A DNA stretch of 64,000 nucleotides from an uncultured Alphaproteobacteria bacterium (lineage in GTDB: Bacteria; Pseudomonadota; Alphaproteobacteria; Rhizobiales; Hyphomicrobiaceae). The notes under the pieces were generated by a model. That model had not been told where the DNA came from, did not search any database, and saw nothing but the letters and a program-made list of their open reading frames with translations. The translations under genes were made by a program, and so were the position numbers. Of this stretch, positions 63,068 to 64,000 are shown one piece after another (positions within the stretch are counted from its first letter, which is position 1; every line of letters begins with the position of its first letter). The stretch is taken from contig CAWFZX010000016.1 in assembly GCA_963820375.1 (NCBI GenBank), positions 309,581 to 373,580 on the forward strand, written 5' to 3'.

Positions 63068-64000
63068 ATGTTCGCCTCCCTGATGCGCTCACGGCGTTTT
63101 GCGCCCCTGTTTTGGTGTCAATTCTGCTCGGCGTTGAACGACAATTTTCTCAAAAATGCCCTGGGTATGCTGATCCTGTTTGGCCTCGGCGGGGCCAATG
63201 GCGGCCTGGCGCAGAATCCCGGTGTGTTGATTACTCTCTCCGGCGTGGTGTTCATCGCACCCTTCTTCCTGCTCTCGGCCATCGGCGGGGAAGTGGCTGA
63301 TCGGTTCGATAAGGCCCGCGTCGCCCGGACGATCCGATTGGCAGAAATTCCGATCGCCGCGATCGCCGCGCTTGGCTTTTTGCTGCACTCGGTGGCGGTT
63401 TTGTTCGTGGCGCTGGCCCTGTTTGGCGTCGTGGCCGCGCTGTTCGGTCCGGTCAAGTACGGGATTTTGCCGGAAAAGCTGCAAACTGCCGAACTCGCCG
63501 CCGGCAACGCCCTGGTCGAAGGCGCAACCTTCCTCGCCATTCTGACGGGCACCATCGCCGGGGGTATCGCCGTGGCGGAGGCGCGCAGCGCCTTGGTGGT
63601 GGCACTCATTGTCGCGGCGCTGGCGGTCGCCTCCTGGTTGCTGGCGCGCCTCATCCCGGAAGCCGGACCGGCCGCTCCGCGGCTGCTCATCAACACCAAT
63701 CCTTGGACCTCGACCATCGCGCTTTTGCGCGAGCTGAAATCCGACCGGCGCTTGTGGGGAGGTGGGCATATCGTTTCCTGGTTCTGGGTGGTTGGGTTCG
63801 TCTCGCTGTCCTTACTGCCCACGCTTATCAAGGACGGCATTGGCGGCAGCGAGGGTGTTGTCACCTATTGCTTGTCGGTGTTTACGGTCGGCATCGCCGT
63901 GGGCTCGCTGATCGCCGCGCGCGCCAGTCGCGGCCGGCCGAACCTGGCGCTCGTTCCGATCGGCGCGCTTTTGATGGGCGCCTTTGCCTTGTTTGCCGCC
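63068..64000 (+). CDS. MFS transporter domain, LplT-like; probably the N-terminus of a fused lysophospholipid transporter/acyltransferase (partial, runs off the window end)
   Basis: Not in the ORF track because no stop falls in the window. My translation from ATG 63068 gives MFASLMRSRRFAPLFWCQFCSALNDNFLKNALGMLILFG...GPVKYGILPEKL..., the typical LplT/Aas-type MFS pattern. GC3-rich. Confidence 0.7.
   Translation, partial: MFASLMRSRRFAPLFWCQFCSALNDNFLKNALGMLILFGLGGANGGLAQNPGVLITLSGVVFIAPFFLLSAIGGEVADRFDKARVARTIRLAEIPIAAIAALGFLLHSVAVLFVALALFGVVAALFGPVKYGILPEKLQTAELAAGNALVEGATFLAILTGTIAGGIAVAEARSALVVALIVAALAVASWLLARLIPEAGPAAPRLLINTNPWTSTIALLRELKSDRRLWGGGHIVSWFWVVGFVSLSLLPTLIKDGIGGSEGVVTYCLSVFTVGIAVGSLIAARASRGRPNLALVPIGALLMGAFALFAA

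Overview
This is about 64 kb of high-GC (roughly 65%) DNA. Gene content and synteny look like a chromosomal core region of an alphaproteobacterium, probably Hyphomicrobiales/Rhizobiales-like; I infer this from the protein families and ran no search. I can support about 55 protein-coding genes. The main ones are regB-regA with a divergent ABC-2 exporter and senC, phaZ, a class A PBP, formamidase, pdxH, sodB, fumC, a giant AsmA protein, uvrD, aminopeptidase P, gltB-GST-gltD, galE/galU/kpsF/ugd, a TRAP DctQ/DctM pair, nfeD-nfeD-SPFH, hemH and thiSGE. I found no tRNA, rRNA, CRISPR array, transposase, integrase or phage gene, so the window reads as housekeeping rather than accessory DNA.

The most interesting signal is a 590-bp leader at 52096-52686. 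In the correct order it carries sequence blocks resembling a cobalamin (B12) riboswitch, followed by a clean intrinsic terminator. It sits directly upstream of TRAP permease genes that have no adjacent substrate-binding protein gene. I know of no established link between B12 riboswitches and TRAP transporters. This call is by eye and needs covariance-model confirmation.

A second pattern is that four otherwise well-conserved genes are each split by a single frameshift: regB, a TadG-like vWA protein, an S9 peptidase and dctQ. That points either to indel errors in the assembly or to real pseudogenisation. Smaller observations include short tandem or direct repeats in three leaders, a 660-bp gap with no credible ORF, and several conserved small genes of unknown function.

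Many long ORFs in the six-frame track are antisense or out-of-frame shadows typical of GC-rich DNA, and I rejected them.
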